From Roseibacillus sp. (GTDB taxonomy: Bacteria; Verrucomicrobiota; Verrucomicrobiia; Verrucomicrobiales; Akkermansiaceae): a DNA stretch of 64,000 nt. Shown piece after piece: positions 56,454 to 64,000 of this stretch (positions are counted from its first letter, which is position 1; each line of letters begins with the position of its first letter). The position numbers and the translations under genes were made by a program. The DNA is taken from NCBI GenBank assembly GCA_051251855.1, contig JBPOGI010000001.1, positions 960,001-1,024,000 of the forward strand. Reading direction: 5' to 3'. Under the pieces are notes generated by a model. It searched no databases and had not been told where the DNA came from. It saw only the letters and a list, made by a program, of their open reading frames with translations.

Positions 56454-58106
56454 TTGGAATTTTTCGATAAGATTAAGCGAGAGCGTCTAGCACGACGCGG
56501 ATTGTCTTCGGGTAAGAAGCGACGAACCCAAGAGGATCGTCATGTGACGGAGTCTCTCGAAAGTAGCTTGGGACTTCGGATTGGCCTCTATGGTGTTCTG
56601 GCTCTGATCGCGGGCTGGCTAGTGACGACCGTGCCGGGTGGCACCTTTGAGGGCGAGATGGTTGCTGGCTGGACGGTGACTCTGGTGATTCTCGCTGCGG
56701 CTATTCTCATCTTTCACTTTAACTACCCGACGACCTCTGGCCGCAGCAGTAAGACCTTTTTGGTTATTGGTGGACTGCTTGCTGAGCTCTTTCTCATTCG
56801 AGGCGTGATGGCGATGGACCCAGCCCATGAGATGTTGGTGCTTCCGGTGGCTTTGATCCCCATTTTTCACTCGGTTCTCATGGGCCAGCGAATTGGAACG
56901 TTCTCGGCAATTTTCACCTCAATTCTGGGGGCATTGCTAATGGAACCAGGAAAGGCGATGCAGTTCTTAGCTTTTTCTCTGGTGGCGAGTTACACTGGCG
57001 TGCTGGTTACAAGACGCGTTAAAAAGCGGGGGCGTTTACTGAGAGCAGGCTTCTATGTGGGAATCGTGAGCGTGCTGCTTGGGGTCCTCTTTGGCGAAAT
57101 TAGTGTTTCTGGCTTATGGGGTGGCCAAGAGGCCTGTCAAACATGCTTAGCCCAACTGGGAATGTCTTTTGGAATGGGTCTGTTAACGGGAATGGCAGTC
57201 AGTGCAGTGTTGCCCATTCTGGAGGGTGTCTTTCTCGTCACCACGGAAATCAGCTGGCTGGAGATGAGTGATCTCAACCATAAGCTTCTCAAGCGGATGC
57301 AACTGGAAGCTCCTGGCACCTTTCACCACAGTCTGATGGTCGCCCAACTCGCGGAAGCCGCAGCAGAAGCAGTCGGAGCGAACTCGTCGATGTGCCGAGT
57401 TTGCGCCTACTTCCATGACATTGGCAAGCTGAAGAAGCCTCTCTACTTTGTGGAGAATCAGTCGGAAGGGAATCCCCATGATGACCTGACCCCGACAATG
57501 AGCGCGCTCGTGATTGTGGCCCACGTAAAGGACGGGGTCGACATGGCGATTAAGGAGAAGCTTGCTCCAGAGATCATCGATGTCATTCAAGAGCATCATG
57601 GTGATTCTCTGGTCTATTACTTCTACCGGAAAGCTCAGGAACAACAGAGTAAGGAGGAAGGTGAAGTCGAAGACGGTCAAATTTCTGATGAAGAGGTGGT
57701 GGAAGTCGATCGCAAAAATTTCAGTTATCCCGGGCCGGTGCCGCAGTCTCGCGAAAGTGGAATTATCTCTCTGGCTGACGCAGTGGAAAGTGCCTCACGT
57801 AGTCTAGAAAAGCCCAATCCAACAAAGATTCGCACCTTAGTAGACGACATCGTATTGGGTCGAATTAAGGATGGTCAGCTCGATGACTGCGGTTTGACTC
57901 TGAACGATGTGAAGGTGATTCGAGAGGTGTTTTCAAAAACACTTCGCAGTATGCTTCACACTCGCATCGCATATCCTGAGGAGAAAAAGAAGAAGGCTAA
58001 GAAGTCAGCCAAGAAAGAGGGCTCCAAGACCAAGTCCAAGGACGAAGCGAAGAACGTGGTTCCGGTCGAGGAACTGGAGCGTCAGCGCAAAGCCGGAGGC
58101 AAGTAA
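56454..58106 (+). CDS. 7TM-HD (HDIG) phosphohydrolase, PgpH-like
   Basis: Multiple TMs, EAPGTFHHS, YFHDIGK, QEHHG, LADAVESASR; probable TTG start MEFFDKIKR. Confidence 0.9.
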   Translation: MEFFDKIKRERLARRGLSSGKKRRTQEDRHVTESLESSLGLRIGLYGVLALIAGWLVTTVPGGTFEGEMVAGWTVTLVILAAAILIFHFNYPTTSGRSSKTFLVIGGLLAELFLIRGVMAMDPAHEMLVLPVALIPIFHSVLMGQRIGTFSAIFTSILGALLMEPGKAMQFLAFSLVASYTGVLVTRRVKKRGRLLRAGFYVGIVSVLLGVLFGEISVSGLWGGQEACQTCLAQLGMSFGMGLLTGMAVSAVLPILEGVFLVTTEISWLEMSDLNHKLLKRMQLEAPGTFHHSLMVAQLAEAAAEAVGANSSMCRVCAYFHDIGKLKKPLYFVENQSEGNPHDDLTPTMSALVIVAHVKDGVDMAIKEKLAPEIIDVIQEHHGDSLVYYFYRKAQEQQSKEEGEVEDGQISDEEVVEVDRKNFSYPGPVPQSRESGIISLADAVESASRSLEKPNPTKIRTLVDDIVLGRIKDGQLDDCGLTLNDVKVIREVFSKTLRSMLHTRIAYPEEKKKKAKKSAKKEGSKTKSKDEAKNVVPVEELERQRKAGGK

Positions 58107-58546
58107 TGGCAGAACCGGAGGCAGAGCTGTTTGTGCACTACGCAGGCGGTTTAAATGAGGAAGATCTTGCTTGGTTGAGTGCGCAGCTGGGGCCTGTTCT
58201 TAAAGAGGTCATCGGCAATCACCCCGGAACTGGATTAGAGGAACTTGAGGAACTGGAGTTCTCTCTTGTTGATGACGCTACGCTCGCCGAAGTGCACGGC
58301 GACTTTCTCGATGACCCCACCGTGACGGATGTGATCACTTTTCCTCATGGCGAGATTCTGGTCAGCGTGGAAATGGCGGCTCGCCGTGCGGAAGAGTTTG
58401 GTAAGGGACTGCGAGGGGAGACCTTCCTCTACCTTATCCATGGTATTCTCCATCTGGCTGGTCTCGACGATCGCAGTAAGGAAGATGCTGCCGTCATGGC
58501 CAAGGAGCAGGAGCGGGTTTGGTCCAAATTTTACCAAGCAAGCTAA
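58106..58546 (+). CDS. ybeY: rRNA maturation RNase YbeY
   Basis: TDVITF, GEI.VS, IHGILHLAG (the third His of HxxxHxxGxDH appears as D); TAATG coupling. Confidence 0.88.
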   Translation: MAEPEAELFVHYAGGLNEEDLAWLSAQLGPVLKEVIGNHPGTGLEELEELEFSLVDDATLAEVHGDFLDDPTVTDVITFPHGEILVSVEMAARRAEEFGKGLRGETFLYLIHGILHLAGLDDRSKEDAAVMAKEQERVWSKFYQAS

Positions 58547-58596
58547 AGAGCTCGGATGTGAACTAATGTTTCCGGAGCTGCAGGCCCTTTAGGGTG

Positions 58597-58866
58597 CTAA
58601 ATCCCCATTCTCCCCAGAGCATAGGCAATGCGACGGAGAAGGCCTTCGGCCTTGGGGTGCTGAACGGCGAAGTCAGTGGCTGTCTCTTCGATTTGAGAAA
58701 TGACTTTCTCGGGAATCGTCTCTTCTTGGTTATCTTTATCCAAAAGGTCTTCGATTCGCTTCTCGAGCTTACTGAGTTCTTCACGAGTAGTGTCATCTAC
58801 TTCATCAAGATTTTGAAGGTCACGGCGGAGTTGGGTGATTTCCTCTTGCAGGTTTTCGTTGCTCAT
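58597..58866 (-). CDS. DUF4404-like small helical protein
   Basis: FAVQHP...LRRIAYALGRMGI C-terminus. Confidence 0.75.
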   Translation of the reverse strand: MSNENLQEEITQLRRDLQNLDEVDDTTREELSKLEKRIEDLLDKDNQEETIPEKVISQIEETATDFAVQHPKAEGLLRRIAYALGRMGI

Positions 58867-58983
58867 CGTGCAAGGATGATACAGCGGGCTACGGGGGCTT
58901 TGCCAAGCGTGGACTTGTTCCGGAACGCCTTTTTCAACGCCGTCAGCATCCGAAAAGACCTTGCATCAAGGGGACTTCCTTGG

Positions 58984-59024
58984 CATGGCGCATCTCCCGA
59001 CAATGTGGCGGGAGATGCGTTGTG
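58984..59024 (+). promoter_or_regulatory. Hairpin sequestering the SulP RBS and start codon
   Basis: CATGGCGCATCTCCCG-ACAATGTGG-CGGGAGATGCGTTGTG; 16-bp stem with an 11-bp Watson-Crick core. Confidence 0.55.
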
Positions 59025-60551
59025 AATAAGAAGTCGATCAAAGAAGAGTGGTTTTCGAATGTGAAGGCCGATATCCTTGCAGGGCTCGTGGTGGCGCTCG
59101 CGCTGATTCCCGAGGCCATTGCTTTCTCACTTTTGGCCGGAGTCGATCCGAAGGTTGGGCTCTATGCCTCCTTTATTATCGCGGTTATTATCTCTTTCAT
59201 TGGCGGACGTCCTGCGATGATTTCGGCTGCGACGGGCGCGATGGCGTTATTGTTCAAGCCCCTTATTGTCGAATATGGTCGCGTGGAGGGACTTCAGTTG
59301 GTTCTGGCAGCGACCGTTCTCACTGGCATCATTCAGTTTGTCTTGGGCTGTTTCAACATTGCAAAGGTGATGCGGTTTGTTTCCAAAGCGGTCATGACGG
59401 GCTTTGTCAACGCCTTGGCGATTGTCATCTTCATGGCTCAATTGCCGGAACTCGGCTATGGAAAATTACTGGATGACGGACCACCGGTGACTCCAATGGC
59501 TTGGGTGTTTGTCGCGGGTGGCCTCGCCATCATTTATCTTTTGCCTCGTCTGACGAAAGCGGTGCCTTCGCCACTTGTCTGTATCATTGTGCTGACTGCG
59601 GTTGCTCATTTCTTTAAGTTGGATGTCAGGACTGTGGCTCATCTCGGCGAGTTGCCGAGTTCCTTGCCGGTGTTTGCCCTGCCAGAGTTTGCCGCCAAGT
59701 GGACCTTCCTTGAGGTCTTAAAAGTAATTCTTCCGGTCAGCTTGGGTCTGGTCGCGGTAGGTCTCCTCGAGTCGTTGATGACTGCTCAGATCGTGGATGA
59801 TTTCACCGATACTCCGTCGGATAAAAATAAGGAGGCTCGGGGTCAGGGGATCGCGAACTTCGTGACTGGATTCTTCGGAGGAATGGCCGGCTGTGCCATG
59901 ATTGGTCAATCTGTGATTAACGTGAAGTCAGGGGGGCGGACCCGACTTTCTACCTTTCTGGCTGGAGCGGTGCTGATTGTTCTTTGTATCGCGCTCAAGG
60001 ACTTGGTCGGAATGATTCCCATGCCGGCGTTGGTGGCGGTGATGATTATGGTTTCCATTGGAACGTTCAACTGGGGTTCCTTCAAGAACTTGCTCGTTCA
60101 TCCTGCGACCACCAGCATTGTGATGCTCGCAACGGTGGGGACTGTTCTCTATACCCACAATTTGGCGATTGGAGTGGGCGTGGGTGTCCTGCTGGCCGCT
60201 ATCTTCTTTGCACGCAAGGTGGCTCAACTCATCGCGGTGGAGAGTGAACTCGATGCGGCAGGCGAGTGCCGGACTTACCGCGTTTCAGGGCAGTTGTTCT
60301 TTGCTTCCTCCGATAGCTTTGTGGACTTCTTTGACTTTAAGGAGGTGGTCTCCAAGGTGGTGATTGATGTTTCTGAGGCTCACTTTTGGGACCTGACTTC
60401 GGTAGGCGCTTTGGACAAAGTGGTTTTCAAGTTCCGCCGTGAGGGCGCGGAAGTGGAAGTTCTGGGAATGAATGAAGCCAGTGCAACCATTGTAGGTAAG
60501 CTGGGAACTCACGATAAAGAAGGGGCCACAGGAGAGCCCGGTGGTCATTGA
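59022..60551 (+). CDS. SulP-family anion transporter with STAS domain
   Basis: [46 protein letters not shown]. Confidence 0.93.
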   Translation: MNKKSIKEEWFSNVKADILAGLVVALALIPEAIAFSLLAGVDPKVGLYASFIIAVIISFIGGRPAMISAATGAMALLFKPLIVEYGRVEGLQLVLAATVLTGIIQFVLGCFNIAKVMRFVSKAVMTGFVNALAIVIFMAQLPELGYGKLLDDGPPVTPMAWVFVAGGLAIIYLLPRLTKAVPSPLVCIIVLTAVAHFFKLDVRTVAHLGELPSSLPVFALPEFAAKWTFLEVLKVILPVSLGLVAVGLLESLMTAQIVDDFTDTPSDKNKEARGQGIANFVTGFFGGMAGCAMIGQSVINVKSGGRTRLSTFLAGAVLIVLCIALKDLVGMIPMPALVAVMIMVSIGTFNWGSFKNLLVHPATTSIVMLATVGTVLYTHNLAIGVGVGVLLAAIFFARKVAQLIAVESELDAAGECRTYRVSGQLFFASSDSFVDFFDFKEVVSKVVIDVSEAHFWDLTSVGALDKVVFKFRREGAEVEVLGMNEASATIVGKLGTHDKEGATGEPGGH

Positions 60552-60587
60552 TTCCCTTTTTTCGAAAAACACGTTAACGTTCTCATT

Positions 60588-61439
60588 ATGAAACCAATTC
60601 TTGCCTGCACTGATGGTTCCCAATATTCGCCCAGTATCTATGACCATGCCGCTTGGGCTGCGCAAAAGGCCGGGACGGCGGTGCGTGTTTTGCATGTTCT
60701 TGAAAGAGAAGAGAGCACTCGAGGCCGAGACTTAACGGGTAGCCTTGGGTTCGATGCTGGGGCTGAATTGATGGAGGAGTTGGTGCAACTTGACGAAGCT
60801 CATGCTCGAGTAGCGCGGTTGCGTGGAAAAGCGGTTTTGGAAGACGCTAAGAAGCAACTTACGGAGCGGGGAGTGCAATCGGTAGAGGCCTTGCAGCGGC
60901 ACGGGGCGCTGGTAGACACCGTGGAAGAGTTTGAAGATGATGCGGAACTGGTCGTGCTCGGGAAGCGTGGTGAGCATGCGGATTTTGCCAAGGGGCACCT
61001 TGGAAGTAACCTGGAGCGAGTCGTGCGGACTGCAAAGATCCCTGTGATGGTGGCTTCGCGGGCCTTTCATCCCATTGAGTCTTTCCTAATAGCTTTTGAT
61101 GGGGGCGCGAGCGCGCTCAAGGCAGTCCACTATGCGGCATCGAATCCTCTCTTGAAGGGGTTGAAGTGTCACTTGATTGCGGTTGGAAAACTAGGGAGCG
61201 AAGTGGAACGTGAGCTGGAAGGTGCCGCTACGGGCTTAAAGGGTGCTGGTTTCGAGGTCGAATCTGAACTACTTCAAGGAGACGTTGAAGACATCATCAC
61301 CCGCGAAGTAGAGGCTAGAAACGCAGGCTTGTTAGTGATGGGTGCTTATGGGCATTCACGAATTCGACGCATGGTCATCGGTAGTACGACGGCGCAACTT
61401 GTGCGTGATTGCCATGTTCCTGTGCTGATGTTCCGTTAG
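60588..61439 (+). CDS. Universal stress protein, tandem USP domains
   Basis: ILACTDGS, LVVLGKRGE..LGSNLERVVR, LVMGAYGHSRIR...GSTT. Confidence 0.93.
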   Translation: MKPILACTDGSQYSPSIYDHAAWAAQKAGTAVRVLHVLEREESTRGRDLTGSLGFDAGAELMEELVQLDEAHARVARLRGKAVLEDAKKQLTERGVQSVEALQRHGALVDTVEEFEDDAELVVLGKRGEHADFAKGHLGSNLERVVRTAKIPVMVASRAFHPIESFLIAFDGGASALKAVHYAASNPLLKGLKCHLIAVGKLGSEVERELEGAATGLKGAGFEVESELLQGDVEDIITREVEARNAGLLVMGAYGHSRIRRMVIGSTTAQLVRDCHVPVLMFR

Positions 61440-61509
61440 GAATGTAAATTGGCGTTGGTTCTTCTTTGTAAATTTTGGGTTTGAGTGTGCATCCAATGAA
61501 GATCCCGAA

Positions 61510-62058
61510 ATGAGGATTCTGATTGCTCTCACGGGGTTGGGTTTGCTCACGCTTCTCTTGAGGCGGATCCCCGAGTCCACGTTTCTGATGTTTAGTTCTC
61601 CTTCGAATAGGACGTTTACTCTCTCACGAACAGGAGTCTCCGTTGGAGCAAAGCCTCAAGTTTTTGAGAACAATGGGATTAACCAACTACGACCTTTTGT
61701 TGAGCGTCTCAATACCTTTTCTGAAGAGTTTCAGTCGGTCCACATATTTACTCTGGATGGTGAACGTGGGTTAGGCCTGGATTCGCAGGACGGTGTGATT
61801 TCGGTAGGCTTTACTGTGGAATGGAGACAGGAAACGGAACGGGAGGATGCCATTCGAGAGTTTTTAAAGGTAAGGGATTATAAGCCATCGAGCGACTATC
61901 TGGCTGCAAATGGTGACGTTCCAGATGCTACTCGGGTTCTGGACTATGAAATTGCCGGCACCACTGAAGAACTCACCGAACTGTTGAGAACTCTCTTACA
62001 GGACATCTACGGTATTCAGCCGAACGAGGCGATTTCGGTATTGTATGAGCCTCGCTGA
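61510..62058 (+). CDS. Hypothetical protein with N-terminal membrane anchor
   Basis: 182-aa ORF with hydrophobic N-terminus; no recognised motif. Confidence 0.6.
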   Translation: MRILIALTGLGLLTLLLRRIPESTFLMFSSPSNRTFTLSRTGVSVGAKPQVFENNGINQLRPFVERLNTFSEEFQSVHIFTLDGERGLGLDSQDGVISVGFTVEWRQETEREDAIREFLKVRDYKPSSDYLAANGDVPDATRVLDYEIAGTTEELTELLRTLLQDIYGIQPNEAISVLYEPR

Positions 62059-62163
62059 GCCTTCTGCTGGCAGCTGCCCGCAAGGTTCAAGGTGAGGAAC
62101 TCTCGAAGATGGACGGGAACCTACAAAGGGAGAAAGTGTATCCTCGACCATAGCGAGGCTAGT

Positions 62164-62856
62164 ATGGAAGACTCGAATAAGATGATATCGGAGTATGTAA
62201 GAAGAGGACTTGGGGGACTGGGTGTTTGTCTTGGACTCTGGTGGATAGGGATGATTGGAAACCCGTTTCTGGCAAGTTTTTGGAGGAGCGAGTGGGAGCC
62301 TTTTGATCTCGGGTTCCTGCTGACGATAGGTCCGATGATGTTGGCGCCTGGAATCTTCCTAGTGATTCACGGAGTCCGGCTTTTTCGCAGTTTTCGCGAG
62401 TCTTCTCTCCGATGGACTACCGGAATCTTAAGCATTTATGGCGCGTTTTGGCTGGCTGCTCGGCTTCTTGAGCTTTTCCCAAACCTGCATTCTTCAAGGA
62501 TTGGGGATTCCGTGTTTCTTTTTGCAAGTAGCTTGGTGGTAATCCCTGTTCACCTTTTTGTGGTGCGGTCTCTTCTTCGGTATTTTACAAACGAGGAACG
62601 GTCTTTGGCGTCTCTCCTGAGTAGAGGAGTGTTGTTTTTAATGGCTTGGCAATTGTGGCTTTTGCTTTCTTCCGTCTTCGATAAATATGCGCCCGTGAAG
62701 GAAGGCTTCACTCACATTTATGAGGAGCCTTGGGAGACTCTTGGTCTTTTTGTGCCGATTGTGATCGCAGTGGGTTCCTACTGCATTTTTTCCTCTATCC
62801 TGACCAAGGCACAAGGGGGGAATGTTAAAGCCGTCGATACTCCTATTGAGTCCTAG
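62164..62856 (+). CDS. Hypothetical ~6-TM membrane protein
   Basis: Multiple hydrophobic segments; start uncertain (62092/62164/62182). Confidence 0.65.
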   Translation: MEDSNKMISEYVRRGLGGLGVCLGLWWIGMIGNPFLASFWRSEWEPFDLGFLLTIGPMMLAPGIFLVIHGVRLFRSFRESSLRWTTGILSIYGAFWLAARLLELFPNLHSSRIGDSVFLFASSLVVIPVHLFVVRSLLRYFTNEERSLASLLSRGVLFLMAWQLWLLLSSVFDKYAPVKEGFTHIYEEPWETLGLFVPIVIAVGSYCIFSSILTKAQGGNVKAVDTPIES

Positions 62857-62890
62857 CCAGGTGCCCCTTCAGTTCGTCGGACTTGTGGAA

Positions 62891-64000
62891 CTAGGAGTCC
62901 TTGTTTGCGTCGTGAAATATGGAAATTTCTGCCTCCTTAGTGCCGAGGAGTTGTTGGGCACGGATCAGGGCGTTGCGGGTGGAGATATTGGGGTTGGAAG
63001 AGCCATACATGAAGAGGTTGGAGGTGCCTTCTTCTTTGCTCGTTCCTTCTTGGAGTAGTTCGAGGACTCCTGAGTTCTTAAGGACACGATAGACGGGACG
63101 TGGGGTGCCAGAAATGAGAACGTGCCGATCGCGCTCTCGCATAAACTTGATAAGGTCGGCCAAGGCGAGAACGGAGGTTGCATCGAGGTGGCGTGCATTT
63201 TTGAGCCGAAGAATCACAACTCTAAGATTATCATCGGCGGCAATCCGTTGAATCTGAGAACGGAAAAGCTCGGAGGCACCGAAGAAGAGGTCTCCTTCGA
63301 CGTGAACGATTGAAATTTCAGGATTTGGCCGAGGACGCTTCTCTCCTAGTTCGCGAAGGTCGCCATCGTCGTGAACCGCGTATTCGACCATTTGGGGGAC
63401 GGCTGCCTTCCGTAAGAAGAGAGCAATGGAGAGCGCCACGCCAATGAAGATAGCGACGTGAAGAGGAGTGAGGAGAGTGGCCAGAAAAGTGGTAACGAGA
63501 ACGAGTGCATCTGAACGGGTCGAACGAAGGCAAACGCGAATATTCTTGGGAGATATCAGCGATATAGCGATGGCAATCACGAGCCCAGCGAGGACGGCCT
63601 TAGGGATGAGAGATACGATAGGAACAGTCGCTAACAAAAAGGTAGCACCTAGACAGAGTAAACCGCAAATAATCGAGGCGAAAGGGGTGCGCGCTCCCGA
63701 TGAATAGTTGAGGGCGGACCGAGTGAGGGAGCCGGAAGCCGGCATGGCCGCCAAGCAGGAGGCTGCGAGATTGGCCATTCCTACTGAAAACATGTCTTGG
63801 TTGACGTCGGGCCTATCTCCGGTTTGGGAGGCAAGGGATTTCGCCATGGCGGTGTTCTCTAGCGAAGCGAGGAAGGCAATGGCAAAGGCAATGGGAAGGA
63901 GCGTGGCGGTTTGGTCGAGAAGGTCCTGAAAACCGCTGATTTGGGGTAAGGATGGAGAGAGGTCGGTGAGACTGAAATTTTGAAAAAAGACGAGGCTTTC
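62891..64000 (-). CDS. Second SulP-family transporter (5' end outside the window)
   Basis: MPASGSLTRSALN..SGART, STAS VEGDLFFGA...LRLKNARHLDAT; frame open to the window edge. Confidence 0.9.
   Translation of the reverse strand, partial: ESLVFFQNFSLTDLSPSLPQISGFQDLLDQTATLLPIAFAIAFLASLENTAMAKSLASQTGDRPDVNQDMFSVGMANLAASCLAAMPASGSLTRSALNYSSGARTPFASIICGLLCLGATFLLATVPIVSLIPKAVLAGLVIAIAISLISPKNIRVCLRSTRSDALVLVTTFLATLLTPLHVAIFIGVALSIALFLRKAAVPQMVEYAVHDDGDLRELGEKRPRPNPEISIVHVEGDLFFGASELFRSQIQRIAADDNLRVVILRLKNARHLDATSVLALADLIKFMRERDRHVLISGTPRPVYRVLKNSGVLELLQEGTSKEEGTSNLFMYGSSNPNISTRNALIRAQQLLGTKEAEISIFHDANKDS

Noticed and set aside
1..64000. CRISPR arrays, rRNA/tRNA, IS or prophage genes, recognised anti-phage systems
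   Set aside because: By eye I found no repeat-spacer periodicity, cloverleafs, transposase/integrase motifs or defence domains; dedicated scans were not run.

Overview
Gene-dense bacterial chromosomal window. It is most consistent with a PVC-superphylum (Verrucomicrobiota-like) organism, inferred from a PEP-CTERM protein, a PSD1/cytochrome-c + DUF1501 pair, a DUF6797-like protein, and mcsA-mcsB-clpC plus hprK alongside outer-membrane genes (fadL, skp). There are about 43 CDSs, mostly housekeeping: ygfZ, hprK, a desaturase, fadL, ubiE/menG, an Hsp33-like gene, mgtE, ilvE, mcsA-mcsB-clpC, a phosphosugar mutase, ycaQ, tag, ilvBN, recR, skp, proS, an S41 peptidase, 7TM-HD, ybeY, two SulP genes and a USP gene. 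One ~15 kb gene encodes a ~4,980-aa secreted protein with four tandem lectin-like repeats each carrying a nested second domain, PA14/CARDB/Ig stalks, an unassigned ~1,000-aa core with a 16-Cys, poly-Gly, hydrophobic module, and a putative C-terminal sorting domain. I saw no rRNA, tRNA, CRISPR array or transposase. Best leads: the giant-protein core, an orphan structured RNA candidate between recR and skp, a hairpin burying the SulP RBS and start codon, a hypothetical protein with a caspase-like His/Cys dyad, repeated promoters 6-9 nt from start codons (near-leaderless mRNAs), and a possible AUU start for tag. All family calls come from motif recognition by eye, not database searches.
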